Shown here in pieces: positions 9,579-20,402 of a stretch of 64,000 nt of DNA (position 1 is the first letter of the stretch; each line of letters starts with the position of its first letter). The stretch comes from a bacterium. Its GTDB lineage: Bacteria > Patescibacteriota > Minisyncoccia > JAHIHE01 > JAGLIN01. The stretch lies in NCBI GenBank assembly GCA_030638825.1, contig DAOWDU010000011.1, positions 5,675 to 69,674 on the forward strand, read 5' to 3'. The notes beneath the pieces are model-generated. The model was not told the origin of the DNA. It searched no databases and saw only the letters and a program-made list of their open reading frames with translations. Position numbers and translations under genes: made by a program.

Positions 9579-10076
9579 CTATTTCTCCTTCGCAATTCCT
9601 ATCGCTTCTTCCTCTTCTTTTCCCAACGCATATTCCGATTTACCTTCTTTGATTTCTTTGGAATAAACTCTTACTCCGTCTCTTGAATAAAGACTTTGTA
9701 TGATAACACCGCTTAGGGAATTGTCAAGAAGGGCGATTACAAAACTTTGATTTCCTCCCACATCGCCGAACGGATTAAATCTCACCACACCGACTTTTTG
9801 GACGCATCCTGACAAATTATTTTTGATTTTTTTATTATCTGCAATTATTTTCTTAATCGCGCTATCAGTTTCATTCGTCTTTTTTATTTGCTTATAAATT
9901 ATTTCTTCTAAATCTTTTGCTTCACTGTTCGCGAAAAAACTGCGCGTTCTTTTTTTGATTTTTGATAAATTATAACTGAGATAAATATTCCATATAAAAA
10001 AAACAAGCAAAACAATACCTGTTAAAATTAGAACTGTTTCTTGATTTTGATTTATAAAATTTATTACATCTATCAT
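9579..10076 (-). CDS. DUF4446 family membrane-anchored protein
   Basis: TM helix then QKVGVVRFNPFGDVGGNQSFVIALLD, SLYSRDGVRVYSK. Confidence 0.85.
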   Translation of the reverse strand: MIDVINFINQNQETVLILTGIVLLVFFIWNIYLSYNLSKIKKRTRSFFANSEAKDLEEIIYKQIKKTNETDSAIKKIIADNKKIKNNLSGCVQKVGVVRFNPFGDVGGNQSFVIALLDNSLSGVIIQSLYSRDGVRVYSKEIKEGKSEYALGKEEEEAIGIAKEK

Positions 10077-10080
10077 TTTG

Positions 10081-10155
10081 GGAATTTATCCTTTAGGATT
10101 TCATTTAAATAGTTTAGATAAGCGATACTTCTTGAAATCCTAAAGGGTAGATTCC
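10081..10155. repeat. Inverted-repeat element (23-bp arms), copy 1
   Basis: GGAATTTATCCTTTAGGATTTCA...TGAAATCCTAAAGGGTAGATTCC; second copy 11362-11441. Confidence 0.85.
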
Positions 10156-10243
10156 AAGAAGGGGCAAGGAAGCTTTACCAACTATCTTTATAATAGCTTT
10201 TACGCTTAGATAAGTCAATGTATTTATTAGCGGCAAATTAACT

Positions 10244-10273
10244 TAAAAACTCTGGAAAACCCAGAGTTTTTAA
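10244..10273 (-). terminator. Probable intrinsic terminator after tRNA-Phe
   Basis: TTAAAAACTCTGG-AAAAC-CCAGAGTTTTTAA hairpin immediately 3' of the tRNA. Confidence 0.6.
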
Positions 10274-10277
10274 TTTG

Positions 10278-10350
10278 TGCCGAGAGGCGGACTTGAACCG
10301 CCGACACAAGGATTTTCAGTCCTTTGCTCTACCAACTGAGCTACCTCGGC
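10278..10350 (-). tRNA. tRNA-Phe (GAA), CCA not encoded
   Basis: GCCGAGGTAGCTCAGTTGGTAGAGCAAAGGACTGAAAATCCTTGTGTCGGCGGTTCAAGTCCGCCTCTCGGCA cloverleaf. Confidence 0.97.
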
Positions 10351-10514
10351 GAGCGTCATGTAAACATTAAAACATATAAACATTTAAACAAGTTGCGTAA
10401 TAAAGAATTTAATTCAAGAATAAAGTTTAGTGGTTTCTTTTTTATTTTTTACTGAAATCTTTATTCTAAAATTTGTTTATTTGTTTATATGTTTTAATGT
10501 TTATATGAACCCTG

Positions 10515-10599
10515 TGCCGAGGGCGGGACTTGAACCCGCACGCCCAAATATGAGCACAGGCCCTCAACCTGCCGTGTATACCAATTCCACCACCCCGGC
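10515..10599 (-). tRNA. tRNA-Leu (GAG), CCA not encoded
   Basis: GCCGGGGTGGTGGAATTGGTATACAC..GCAGG-TTGAGGG-CCTGT, long variable arm, GGTTCAAGTCC. Confidence 0.96.
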
Positions 10600-10640
10600 T
10601 AGTTAACTTATAACAGATGACTTATAACGAAATAACAATT

Positions 10641-10666
10641 GTCATTCCCGCGGAGGCGGGAATCCA
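10641..10666 (+). repeat. GTCATTCCCG-N-CGGGAATCCA REP-like unit
   Basis: GTCATTCCCGCGGAGGCGGGAATCCA; second copy GTCATTCCCGTGAAGACGGGAATCCA at 41865-41890. Confidence 0.85.
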
Positions 10667-10669
10667 TTA

Positions 10670-11236
10670 CTACGATTTAGTTTTACTATTTATTTTATCA
10701 CTGTCTTTTTTCTCTGTATCTTCTTTTACTGTTTTATTTTCTTTTTCTATAACTGTTTCTTCAACTTTTACTTTTTCAATTTCTTTTTTATCGTCTTTCT
10801 TTTCTTCGCTCTCCAAGTTTTCTTTTGCTTTAGTAGAAGGCTCTGGTTTGTTCTCTTCCTGCTTGATCATCTCGCCTTTTGGTTTTGTTGCTTTGCCGAC
10901 TCTGTCTCGCATATAATTAAGCTTGGCTCGTCTTGTTTTTGTTATCTTTATTAGTTCTATCTTTTCTATCGTCGGAGCATTTAATGGAAAAACTCTTTCC
11001 ACTCCTATTCCGCCGGAAATTTTGCGAACCGTGATCGTTGTGTTAATCCCCTTTCTTCCCTTTTTGCCAATCACCAAACCTTCAAAGATTTGAACTCTTT
11101 CTTTTGTTTCCTGTTTCTTGCCACAGCCTTTTATTTCTGTTATTTTCTGATAAACCTTTACAACATGCCCTGGCTTAACATCAGGCAAATCAGTCCTGAC
11201 ACGGCTATGATTAAATTCTTGTAGTGTTGTTGTCAT
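10670..11236 (-). CDS. rplS: 50S ribosomal protein L19 with charged C-terminal extension
   Basis: ERVQIFEGLVI, TVRKISGGIGVERVFP, RRAKLNYMR. Confidence 0.97.
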   Translation of the reverse strand: MTTTLQEFNHSRVRTDLPDVKPGHVVKVYQKITEIKGCGKKQETKERVQIFEGLVIGKKGRKGINTTITVRKISGGIGVERVFPLNAPTIEKIELIKITKTRRAKLNYMRDRVGKATKPKGEMIKQEENKPEPSTKAKENLESEEKKDDKKEIEKVKVEETVIEKENKTVKEDTEKKDSDKINSKTKS

Positions 11237-11275
11237 ATAATTTGGTTACTATTAATCTTTTAATTTAACTATTTT

Positions 11276-11304
11276 ATACTACTTTATAAGAGAGGATTAG
11301 TCAA
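11276..11304 (-). promoter_or_regulatory. Putative sigma70 promoter of rplS
   Basis: TTGACT-N17-TAGTAT on minus strand. Confidence 0.5.
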
Positions 11305-11361
11305 GGCGAGCGCATATAAATATATAAACATATAAACATTTAAACAAAGTTTATATCATTT

Positions 11362-11441
11362 GGAATTTACCCTTTAGGGTTTCAAGAGTGGGATTAAACG
11401 ATTTCTTGTAAAATCTTTTGAAATCCTAAAGGATAAATTCC
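11362..11441. repeat. Inverted-repeat element (23-bp arms), copy 2
   Basis: GGAATTTACCCTTTAGGGTTTCAA...TTGAAATCCTAAAGGATAAATTCC; spacer differs from copy 1. Confidence 0.85.
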
Positions 11442-11562
11442 GTAGCTTTAAATCATTCATTTTGCGGGAACTGGTTTTTTTAACTGGTTCCCAACATTTC
11501 CCAAACAAATAATATTATTGCATCTTCAAAACAAAAGGAACTATTTACAAAATAGTTCCCGC

Positions 11563-13659
<2,097 letters not shown>

Positions 13660-13663
13660 CTAT

Positions 13664-13701
13664 CATAGCCTCTTTTCTACGGCCGTGAGAAAGAGGCTAT
13701 G
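13664..13701. repeat. 38-bp palindrome downstream of PaaX/Cas2-like gene
   Basis: CATAGCCTCTTTTCTACGGCCGTGAGAAAGAGGCTATG, ends next to the stop codon. Confidence 0.9.
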
Positions 13702-13702
13702 G

Positions 13703-14233
13703 TTATATTTCTATTTCTTCTATTAAAAATAATTTTATATAAGAGTCAACGGAATACTTTCTTAAGATGAGTTCAGTTTCTTTTTGGACGCTATAGGGAC
13801 AAATCCAGATACTTTGCTGAAGCATTTTATATTCTAAGAGACGAAGTTTTTCTCGCAACAAATCTCGCAGGTGTCTTTTTTCTTCGGGAATGTCAAAAAT
13901 TATCATCTGCCATTTCCCGTCTGGTCTTTTTTGTTTATTTTTTATTTTAAGTTTTGCTTTTAAAACTTTTTCAGCTCCTTTTTTTGTTAGAATAATTCCT
14001 TCATTTTGCTCCAGATTTTTAATCTTAATATAACCATTCTTTTTCAGACGATAAATTAATTGTCTAAATTGTCCCTTTGTCTGTTTTCTTTTATATTGAT
14101 CTTTCAATTCACGGAGAGATGGATAGCAATATTCTTTCATTTTTCTATACGAAAAAATAGTAAAAGTTTTATCTAACTTTTCAGCGTGATTATAAACATC
14201 TAATAAAAATTTATCAGTAATTGGCAGTTTCAT
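13703..14233 (-). CDS. PaaX-like winged-helix plus Cas2-like ferredoxin-fold protein
   Basis: IYRLKKNGYI...ILTKKG (wHTH) and DGKWQMIIFDIPEEKRHLRDLLREKL...LQQSIWICPY. Confidence 0.85.
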   Translation of the reverse strand: MKLPITDKFLLDVYNHAEKLDKTFTIFSYRKMKEYCYPSLRELKDQYKRKQTKGQFRQLIYRLKKNGYIKIKNLEQNEGIILTKKGAEKVLKAKLKIKNKQKRPDGKWQMIIFDIPEEKRHLRDLLREKLRLLEYKMLQQSIWICPYSVQKETELILRKYSVDSYIKLFLIEEIEI

Positions 14234-14292
14234 GGAGCTTATTGAGTTTTAATATTTATCTAATTTTATTATACACTAATTCACGATATAGT

Positions 14293-14330
14293 CATAGCCT
14301 CTTTTCTACGGCCGTAGAAAAGAGGCTATG
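14293..14330. repeat. 38-bp perfect palindrome upstream of PaaX/Cas2-like gene
   Basis: CATAGCCTCTTTTCTACGGCCGTAGAAAAGAGGCTATG. Confidence 0.9.
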
Positions 14331-14398
14331 ATTATATTGCTACAGCTACATTTATCGTTCTGTACTATTCTGTATTTAGATGTGGTAAGTATGACAAT

Positions 14399-15244
14399 TT
14401 AATTTATTAAATTCAAATACCACTTAATAATTTTCTCTCCCCAAAACAATCCCACAAAGGTTCCGATTATTAAAAATGGACCGAAGGGAATCATACTGCC
14501 CATTTTTTTCCTGCCAGCTAAAATTAGGAAAATGCCGATTACTGATCCGAGAATAAATGCTAAAAATAAAGCGATTAAAATTACTGGCCAGCCCAAAATC
14601 AGTCCCATTAAAAATGCCAATTTAACATCTCCTCCGCCCATTCCTTTGCCTTTGGTAATGATAATTATTGTGTAGAAAAATCCGCCTGCGAGAATAGCTG
14701 CGATAAACGGATTAAAAATAGTTGTTAAATTTCCAATTTCCAATTTCCAATTTCCAATCAATTCCCAATGATTAAATTTCAAAATTTCAAATAATTTATA
14801 AATGAAGGTTATAATAATCGCAGGATAAATTATTTTGTCTGGAATAATATAGTGTTTTAGGTCATAGACAAAAATAACAATAAAAGTGGAACTGACATAA
14901 AACAGAAATAATAGATAAAGAAATTGAAAATTGAAAATTGAAAATTCACTGAAAATTGAAAATTGAAAATTGAAAATTAGCACAAATAATATCCCTGTCA
15001 TAATTTCTACCAACGGATACTGAATAGAAATTTTATTGCTACAGTATCGGCACTTGCCTTTTAAAAATATAAAGCTAAAAACTGGAATTAAGTCTTGCCA
15101 ATTTAAGATGTGTTTGCAGGATAAGCATCTCGATCTGTCATTTACTATTTTTTCTCCGTTTTCTAATCTATAAATGACCACATTCAAAAAACTGCCGATA
15201 ATCAGGCCGAAGATGAAAATAATTATATTGTATAAAATAAGCAT
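14399..15244 (-). CDS. pilD: Prepilin peptidase
   Basis: GSFLNVVIYRL, RSRCLSC, KCRYC, MGGGDVKL, IPFGPFL. Confidence 0.96.
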   Translation of the reverse strand: MLILYNIIIFIFGLIIGSFLNVVIYRLENGEKIVNDRSRCLSCKHILNWQDLIPVFSFIFLKGKCRYCSNKISIQYPLVEIMTGILFVLIFNFQFSIFSEFSIFNFQFLYLLFLFYVSSTFIVIFVYDLKHYIIPDKIIYPAIIITFIYKLFEILKFNHWELIGNWKLEIGNLTTIFNPFIAAILAGGFFYTIIIITKGKGMGGGDVKLAFLMGLILGWPVILIALFLAFILGSVIGIFLILAGRKKMGSMIPFGPFLIIGTFVGLFWGEKIIKWYLNLIN

Positions 15245-15278
15245 TTGGATTAAACCAGTTTTTAGTTATTCTTAAGTT

Positions 15279-15689
15279 TTATGGAAAAGTGCATCCGTTT
15301 TGAGTGCAATCGGCAGTGGCAGTGGTTGTGCCATCTGACGCTTTTGCTTCGTTAGTTGCGGTTATAGTATAATTGAATGTCCCGGCTCCACTTGTGCCAC
15401 AATTTTGATCTGGAGCTGCTGATAGACTTGTAAAAGTGATGTCATGATCATAAGTGGTTCCAGTAAAATCTTCTACAACGATATCTCGATCATCGCAAAT
15501 GCTTACTATTCCTGGCACTGTTCTGCTTGCTTCTGCTTTAAACGCCGCATCTTTAGCTTTTTGCCTTGTGTTGTTTAAAGTTGTCATCACGATACTTGCT
15601 AAAATACCAATAATTGCGATAACAACCAAAAGTTCAATTAGGGTAAAGCCCTTTGAGTTTCTCGGGGTGAGCTCTTGTTTAAATTCCAT
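15279..15689 (-). CDS. Type IV pilin
   Basis: G|[17 protein letters not shown] prepilin motif, C-terminal Cys pairs. Confidence 0.93.
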   Translation of the reverse strand: MEFKQELTPRNSKGFTLIELLVVIAIIGILASIVMTTLNNTRQKAKDAAFKAEASRTVPGIVSICDDRDIVVEDFTGTTYDHDITFTSLSAAPDQNCGTSGAGTFNYTITATNEAKASDGTTTATADCTQNGCTFP

Positions 15690-15762
15690 AAAGATATTTT
15701 AAAAAATTAAAGCACTATAAAATTATTATTATCCTGTAACTATTATAACAGATTATGAAAAT

Positions 15763-15796
15763 AAAAACAGATAGAATTTTTCTATCTGTTTTTTTG
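15763..15796. terminator. Hairpin terminator between the two pilin genes
   Basis: AAAAACAGATAGAA-TT-TTCTATCTGTTTTT stem with flanking A/T runs. Confidence 0.65.
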
Positions 15797-15818
15797 AATT
15801 TTATAGATCTACAAAATT

Positions 15819-16202
15819 CTAATTAAAAGTGCATCCATTTTGAGTGCAGGAAGCAACAAGAGTAACTGCAGGTGTAGCTGAATTCAATGCGCCATTATCC
15901 GCAGTTACAGTATAACTAAACGTTCCAACTCCACTTGTGCCACAATCTTGAGTTATTGTGGCAAAAACAGTAGCATGAATATAAGTGGAACCAGTAAAAT
16001 CAGTTACAACGATAGGATCATCATCACAAATACTAACTAATCCTGGTACTGTTCCAGCTGCTTCTGCTTTAAATGCTACATTTTTAGCTTTTTGTCTCGC
16101 GCTGTTTAAACTTACCATTACAACTGAAGCTAAAATACCGATAATTGCGATAACAACCAATAACTCAATCAAAGTAAAACCTTTCTTATTTATTTTTAAC
16201 AT
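15819..16202 (-). CDS. Type IV pilin (probable major pilin)
   Basis: KKG|[17 protein letters not shown]; strong SD AGGAGGTGA before ATG 16202; own terminator. Confidence 0.93.
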   Translation of the reverse strand: MLKINKKGFTLIELLVVIAIIGILASVVMVSLNSARQKAKNVAFKAEAAGTVPGLVSICDDDPIVVTDFTGSTYIHATVFATITQDCGTSGVGTFSYTVTADNGALNSATPAVTLVASCTQNGCTFN

Positions 16203-16225
16203 TCGTTTCACCTCCTTTCCTAATT

Positions 16226-16595
16226 TTATTTAGTTACAATTTTTAAAAGTTCTTTAAAATGCGAAAGAGCGTTTGGCAATTGCTTGTAAATTCTTTCAGC
16301 ATCATCTTCATTATAAGTATGAACAGTTTCATTTCTCATATCCACAAACTCAATCCAGTCCTCAGTGTAATTTATAATGCTCTGCCGATAAGCTTCACGG
16401 AAACATTCTTTGGGAGAAGCGCAAACAACTCCTTTTTCTTCTTCAAGAAGAGCTTTCAACATTTTCCATGAAATATCCAAAGTAAATTCAAACCGCTGAA
16501 TCTCTGACAATATCTGTTTCGGGCACAGCCAAAACTTCTTCTAAACGCCTTACCGCTTTTTCAAATTGCTTGATTGTAATTTCAGATTTTGTCAT
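16226..16595 (-). pseudogene. HEPN protein (HI0074-type nucleotidyltransferase substrate-binding), frameshifted
   Basis: ATG 16595 gives MTKSEITIKQFEKAVRRLEEVLAVPETDIVRDSAV*; IQRFEFT...RNETVHTY continues in another frame. Confidence 0.85.
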
Positions 16596-16897
16596 AGCGC
16601 TTCAATCTTTTGTTTAGCCAGATTATAAAAATCAGGAGATACTTTTTTAAAATCAACAACATCAATTTTGTAAAGAATTGGCAAATTTTCAAAATCCTCT
16701 TTAATTTTTGCCATCACTTGCCAAGAAATTTCTTTCTCTCCCTCAATTCCAAGATCAATATCAGATCGCTCATTTCCCTTTCCCATAACCCTTGAGCCGA
16801 AGAAGAAAATTTTGTTCTGGTCAAGATTTAAATAGTTGCCAATAATATCTTTGGTTTCCTTTTTAAATTTATCCAAAGAATAAAATTCAAGTCTCAT
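16592..16897 (-). CDS. Minimal nucleotidyltransferase (MNT antitoxin-like)
   Basis: FFFGSRVMG...SDIDLGI, KIDVVD; ATGA overlap with the HEPN gene. Confidence 0.9.
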   Translation of the reverse strand: MRLEFYSLDKFKKETKDIIGNYLNLDQNKIFFFGSRVMGKGNERSDIDLGIEGEKEISWQVMAKIKEDFENLPILYKIDVVDFKKVSPDFYNLAKQKIEAL

Positions 16898-17041
16898 ATG
16901 CTAATTTTATACAACGATTATAACATTGCTTACTTCTTTGCGCAATGAAAAGCATCAATACGAGAACATTAAAACATTCAAACAAAATTTTGAAATCGCA
17001 GTATGTTTAAATGTTAATATGTTTATATGTTAACATGACGC

Positions 17042-18118
17042 TTATCTTCTCATCAACATTTTCAAATCGCTCACATTAGTTGAATAAGTCTTGGCGTCTT
17101 CTAGCGTTATCTTATTTCTTTTCACGAGATCTGCGAGTGAGTTATTTAAAGAGACCATTCCTTCATCAGCGCTAGTGTTAATGACAAGATTAAGCTGGTG
17201 AGTTTTGTTTTCCCTAATCAAATTCTTGACCGCGGAGTTAGAGGTCATTATTTCCACGGCTGGAATTCTGCCTCCGTCTATATTTGGAATAAGCCGTTGC
17301 GATAAAATTCCGAGAAGATTTCCAGCTAATTGAGATCTAATCTGATTTTGCTGGCTGGCGGGAAAACTGTCAATAATTCTATCTATAGTTTGAGCAGTGC
17401 TGTTAGTGTGCAGAGTAGCAAATACAAGGTGCCCAGTTTCTGCCGCGGTAATGGCAGTGCTCATTGTTTCCCAATCTCTCATTTCTCCAACCAAGATAAT
17501 ATCAGCATCTTCTCTGAAAATAGAACGAAGAGCGTTGCTAAACGATTTTGTGTCAATGCCAACTTCTCTCTGATTGATGATACATCTATTTTGAGTGTAG
17601 ACATGTTCAATCGGATCCTCAATTGTCACTATATGCGCGTTTCGCTGACTGTTTATTCTGTCAATGAGCGCCGCTAAAGTGGTTGATTTTCCATGTCCAG
17701 AAGGACCAACGACGAGCACAAAACCTTGTGATGGTTTTGTGAAATCATAAACCATTTCTGGAATGCCAAGTTGTTCAAGGTTTCTTATTTTGGAGGGAAT
17801 AAGCCGAAAAGAAGCGCTCATAAAACCTCTTTGGAAAAAGACATTTATTCTAAATCTCGTTTTTTTTTCAAACTCATACGAAATATCAAGTTCCTTGTTT
17901 TCTATAAATTTTTCTTTTTGCTCGCTTGTCAAAAATGCGCTAACAAGCTCCTCTACTTTTCTTGGAGTTAGGAGCTCTTTATTAGTCAGCGGGACTAATC
18001 TTCCGTCAATTCTAAGCGTTGGATATCGTCCAACTGATAAATGCAAATCGGACGCATTTTCTTGCGTCGTGCTAATTAGCAAATCATCTAACTCTTGTTT
18101 AGCGTTGATACTAGTCAT
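17042..18118 (-). CDS. pilT: Type IV pilus retraction ATPase
   Basis: ASDLHL, GPSGHGKST, TIEDPIE, LVGEMRD, AAETGHLVFATLHT. Confidence 0.96.
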   Translation of the reverse strand: MTSINAKQELDDLLISTTQENASDLHLSVGRYPTLRIDGRLVPLTNKELLTPRKVEELVSAFLTSEQKEKFIENKELDISYEFEKKTRFRINVFFQRGFMSASFRLIPSKIRNLEQLGIPEMVYDFTKPSQGFVLVVGPSGHGKSTTLAALIDRINSQRNAHIVTIEDPIEHVYTQNRCIINQREVGIDTKSFSNALRSIFREDADIILVGEMRDWETMSTAITAAETGHLVFATLHTNSTAQTIDRIIDSFPASQQNQIRSQLAGNLLGILSQRLIPNIDGGRIPAVEIMTSNSAVKNLIRENKTHQLNLVINTSADEGMVSLNNSLADLVKRNKITLEDAKTYSTNVSDLKMLMRR

Positions 18119-18136
18119 ATTGATTCATATTAATGT

Positions 18137-18523
18137 TTACATGCTTTTCTTTAATACTTCTCTGATTTTTTCAATAACTTCTGACGGTGTAAAATGAGCC
18201 TTGATTATATAACTGTCAGCCCCTAAATCAAATCCTTTTTCTACATTTTCTTTCTGCCCCAAATTTGTTAAAAGCACGACAGGGATTCCTTTTAGCTCTA
18301 TGTTTTTTTTAATTATTTTCAAAACATCAAAGCCGTCCATTTTTGGCATAACAACATCCAAAAGAATTATATCTGGTTTTTGTTTTTCTAGCATCTTAAT
18401 GCCTATTATTCCATCCTTTGCAGTCGCAACTTCAAAGTTTTCTGATTCTAGTTTAATCTTATACATGTCAGATATGTAAGAATCATCTTCTATTATTAAA
18501 ACCGATGTTTTGTCTTTGATCAT
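18137..18523 (-). CDS. Single-domain response regulator
   Basis: IIEDD, LLDVVMPKMDG, LLTN, YIIK. Confidence 0.93.
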   Translation of the reverse strand: MIKDKTSVLIIEDDSYISDMYKIKLESENFEVATAKDGIIGIKMLEKQKPDIILLDVVMPKMDGFDVLKIIKKNIELKGIPVVLLTNLGQKENVEKGFDLGADSYIIKAHFTPSEVIEKIREVLKKSM

Positions 18524-18620
18524 ATTGTTAAATTGTTAAATTGTTAAATTGTTAAATTGTTATGCGTGGCATAGCAATATTTTTATGCCATGCATAACAA
18601 TTTAACAATGTAGCAATTTA
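18524..18620. repeat. ATTGTTAA octamer array forming a long inverted repeat
   Basis: (ATTGTTAA)x4 ATTGTTATGCGTGGCATA...TATGCCATGCATAACAATTTAACAAT. Confidence 0.85.
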
Positions 18621-18623
18621 ATT

Positions 18624-20384
18624 TTATTCTTCCGTAACTCTCAAGACTTCCTCTATGGTTGTTAGTCCAGATAGAACTTTCATTATTCCATCTTGCTTCA
18701 TTGTCACCATTCCCTGTCTTTCCGCTTCTTTTGATATTTCAGCGTCTGAAATATTAGAAGACATTATGGATTCCAATTCGGGAGTCATTAAAAGAACTTC
18801 ATAAACTCCTATTCTTCCAGAAAATCCAGACTGTTTACATTCTTTGCATCCTTCTCCGTGAAAGAGTTTGAGACCTTTTTTTATATTAAAATCACTTTTC
18901 TGATCGTCGGGAACATTTTCAAGCTCTTTTCTGATAATTTTTTCCATAGAAAGTGAAGCTGGCATTTCTTTTTTGCAGTGGGAGCATATTTTTTTAACTA
19001 AGCGTTGCGCTATTGCTATATTTAAGGAGGACGATATTAAAAACGGTTCAACTCCCATATCAATCAAACGCGGGATAACGCCAATCGCGTTATTAGTGTG
19101 CAGCGTTGATAAAACCAAGTGTCCTGTTAGGGCGGCATGGGTCGCTAATTCGGCTGTTTCTTTGTCTCTTATTTCTCCAACCATTATAATATCTGGATCT
19201 TGCCGCAATATTGATCTTAATCCCGAAGAGAAGGTGTATCCTATTTCTGATCGTATTTGACTTTGATTTATTCCAACCATAAAATATTCTACAGGATCCT
19301 CCAAGGTCACAACATTTACTCCTTCCTTATTTAGTATTTTCATCATCGCGTAGAGAGTTGTTGATTTTCCGGAGCCTGTTGGTCCCGTCACAAGAACAAT
19401 TCCGAATGGCTTGCTTATATTGTCGTTGATTATTCGCAATCCATTTTTCCAAATGCCTAAGTTTTCCAGGGTGCTAATATTTGAAGATGTGTCTAAGATT
19501 CTCATTACCACTTTTTCTCCGTTGACGGTTGGAAAAGTAGAAACACGCAAATCAACACTTTTGCCTAAATTGCCCTCCTTAGAAAGAGTGAAACGAAATC
19601 TTCCATCTTGCGGTTTTCTGGTTTCATCTATTTTTAAATTGGCAAGTATTTTTATTCGAGAAGTGATCGCGGGAGTAATTTTTTTGGGGAGAACTAAGCT
19701 GTTGTGTAAAGTTCCGTCTAATCTATATCTAACTCTCAGTTCATTTTCATTTGGCTCAATGTGGATGTCGCTTGCTCTTCCTTCTACAGCGTGAGTAAGG
19801 ACAATATTTACAATCTTGCTTACGGGAGCTTCTCCAGTAATTCTTTCTATTTTTCTGCTTCCTGTTTCCTTTTTTAGATTTTGCTCCTTGCTAATAATTT
19901 GCTGGTCAACATTTTTTAGAACATTTTCTAATTCATCGTCTACTTTTTTATACTGTTTTACAGCGTCATAAAAATCGCTCCTAGACACCAAATATATTTT
20001 TGTGTTAGTCTTGTGCCTTATGGAAATAAATTTTAAGGCATCTAACGCTTCTGTATTATTCGGATCAAGCATAGCGACATTAACTGTTCCGTCATTTTCT
20101 CCAAATGGTATAAATTTATAAAACAACGCTGCTTTTTCTGGAATCTTTTTTAAAATTTCACTATCAATAATTTCATCTTTCAGTTTGATATAAGGGACCC
20201 CCAAAAAAGCTGCTTTAACTTTCGTCAGCTCTCTTTCGTCAGCCGTTTTTTTATCAATCAAAATGTCAAAAATATCCAAATTATCCTTCTTTGATTTTTC
20301 AAGCGCGTCATCAATTGTATGCTTATCAACTACATTGCTGGAAAGCAAGTAGTCGTAAGCTCTCTCAAGGTTTTTACTATTCAT
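18624..20384 (-). CDS. pilB: Type IV pilus assembly ATPase (GspE/PilB)
   Basis: ASDIHIEP, PQDGR, GPTGSGKST, LRQDPD, CxxC pairs. Confidence 0.96.
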   Translation of the reverse strand: MNSKNLERAYDYLLSSNVVDKHTIDDALEKSKKDNLDIFDILIDKKTADERELTKVKAAFLGVPYIKLKDEIIDSEILKKIPEKAALFYKFIPFGENDGTVNVAMLDPNNTEALDALKFISIRHKTNTKIYLVSRSDFYDAVKQYKKVDDELENVLKNVDQQIISKEQNLKKETGSRKIERITGEAPVSKIVNIVLTHAVEGRASDIHIEPNENELRVRYRLDGTLHNSLVLPKKITPAITSRIKILANLKIDETRKPQDGRFRFTLSKEGNLGKSVDLRVSTFPTVNGEKVVMRILDTSSNISTLENLGIWKNGLRIINDNISKPFGIVLVTGPTGSGKSTTLYAMMKILNKEGVNVVTLEDPVEYFMVGINQSQIRSEIGYTFSSGLRSILRQDPDIIMVGEIRDKETAELATHAALTGHLVLSTLHTNNAIGVIPRLIDMGVEPFLISSSLNIAIAQRLVKKICSHCKKEMPASLSMEKIIRKELENVPDDQKSDFNIKKGLKLFHGEGCKECKQSGFSGRIGVYEVLLMTPELESIMSSNISDAEISKEAERQGMVTMKQDGIMKVLSGLTTIEEVLRVTEE

Positions 20385-20402
20385 GTGTCATACTAAAATA
20401 TT

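Noticed and set aside
13664-14330. CRISPR array (palindromic 38-bp repeats next to a Cas2-like gene)
   Set aside because: Only two repeats, about 590 bp apart and enclosing a gene; no spacers and no cas1 or effector genes.
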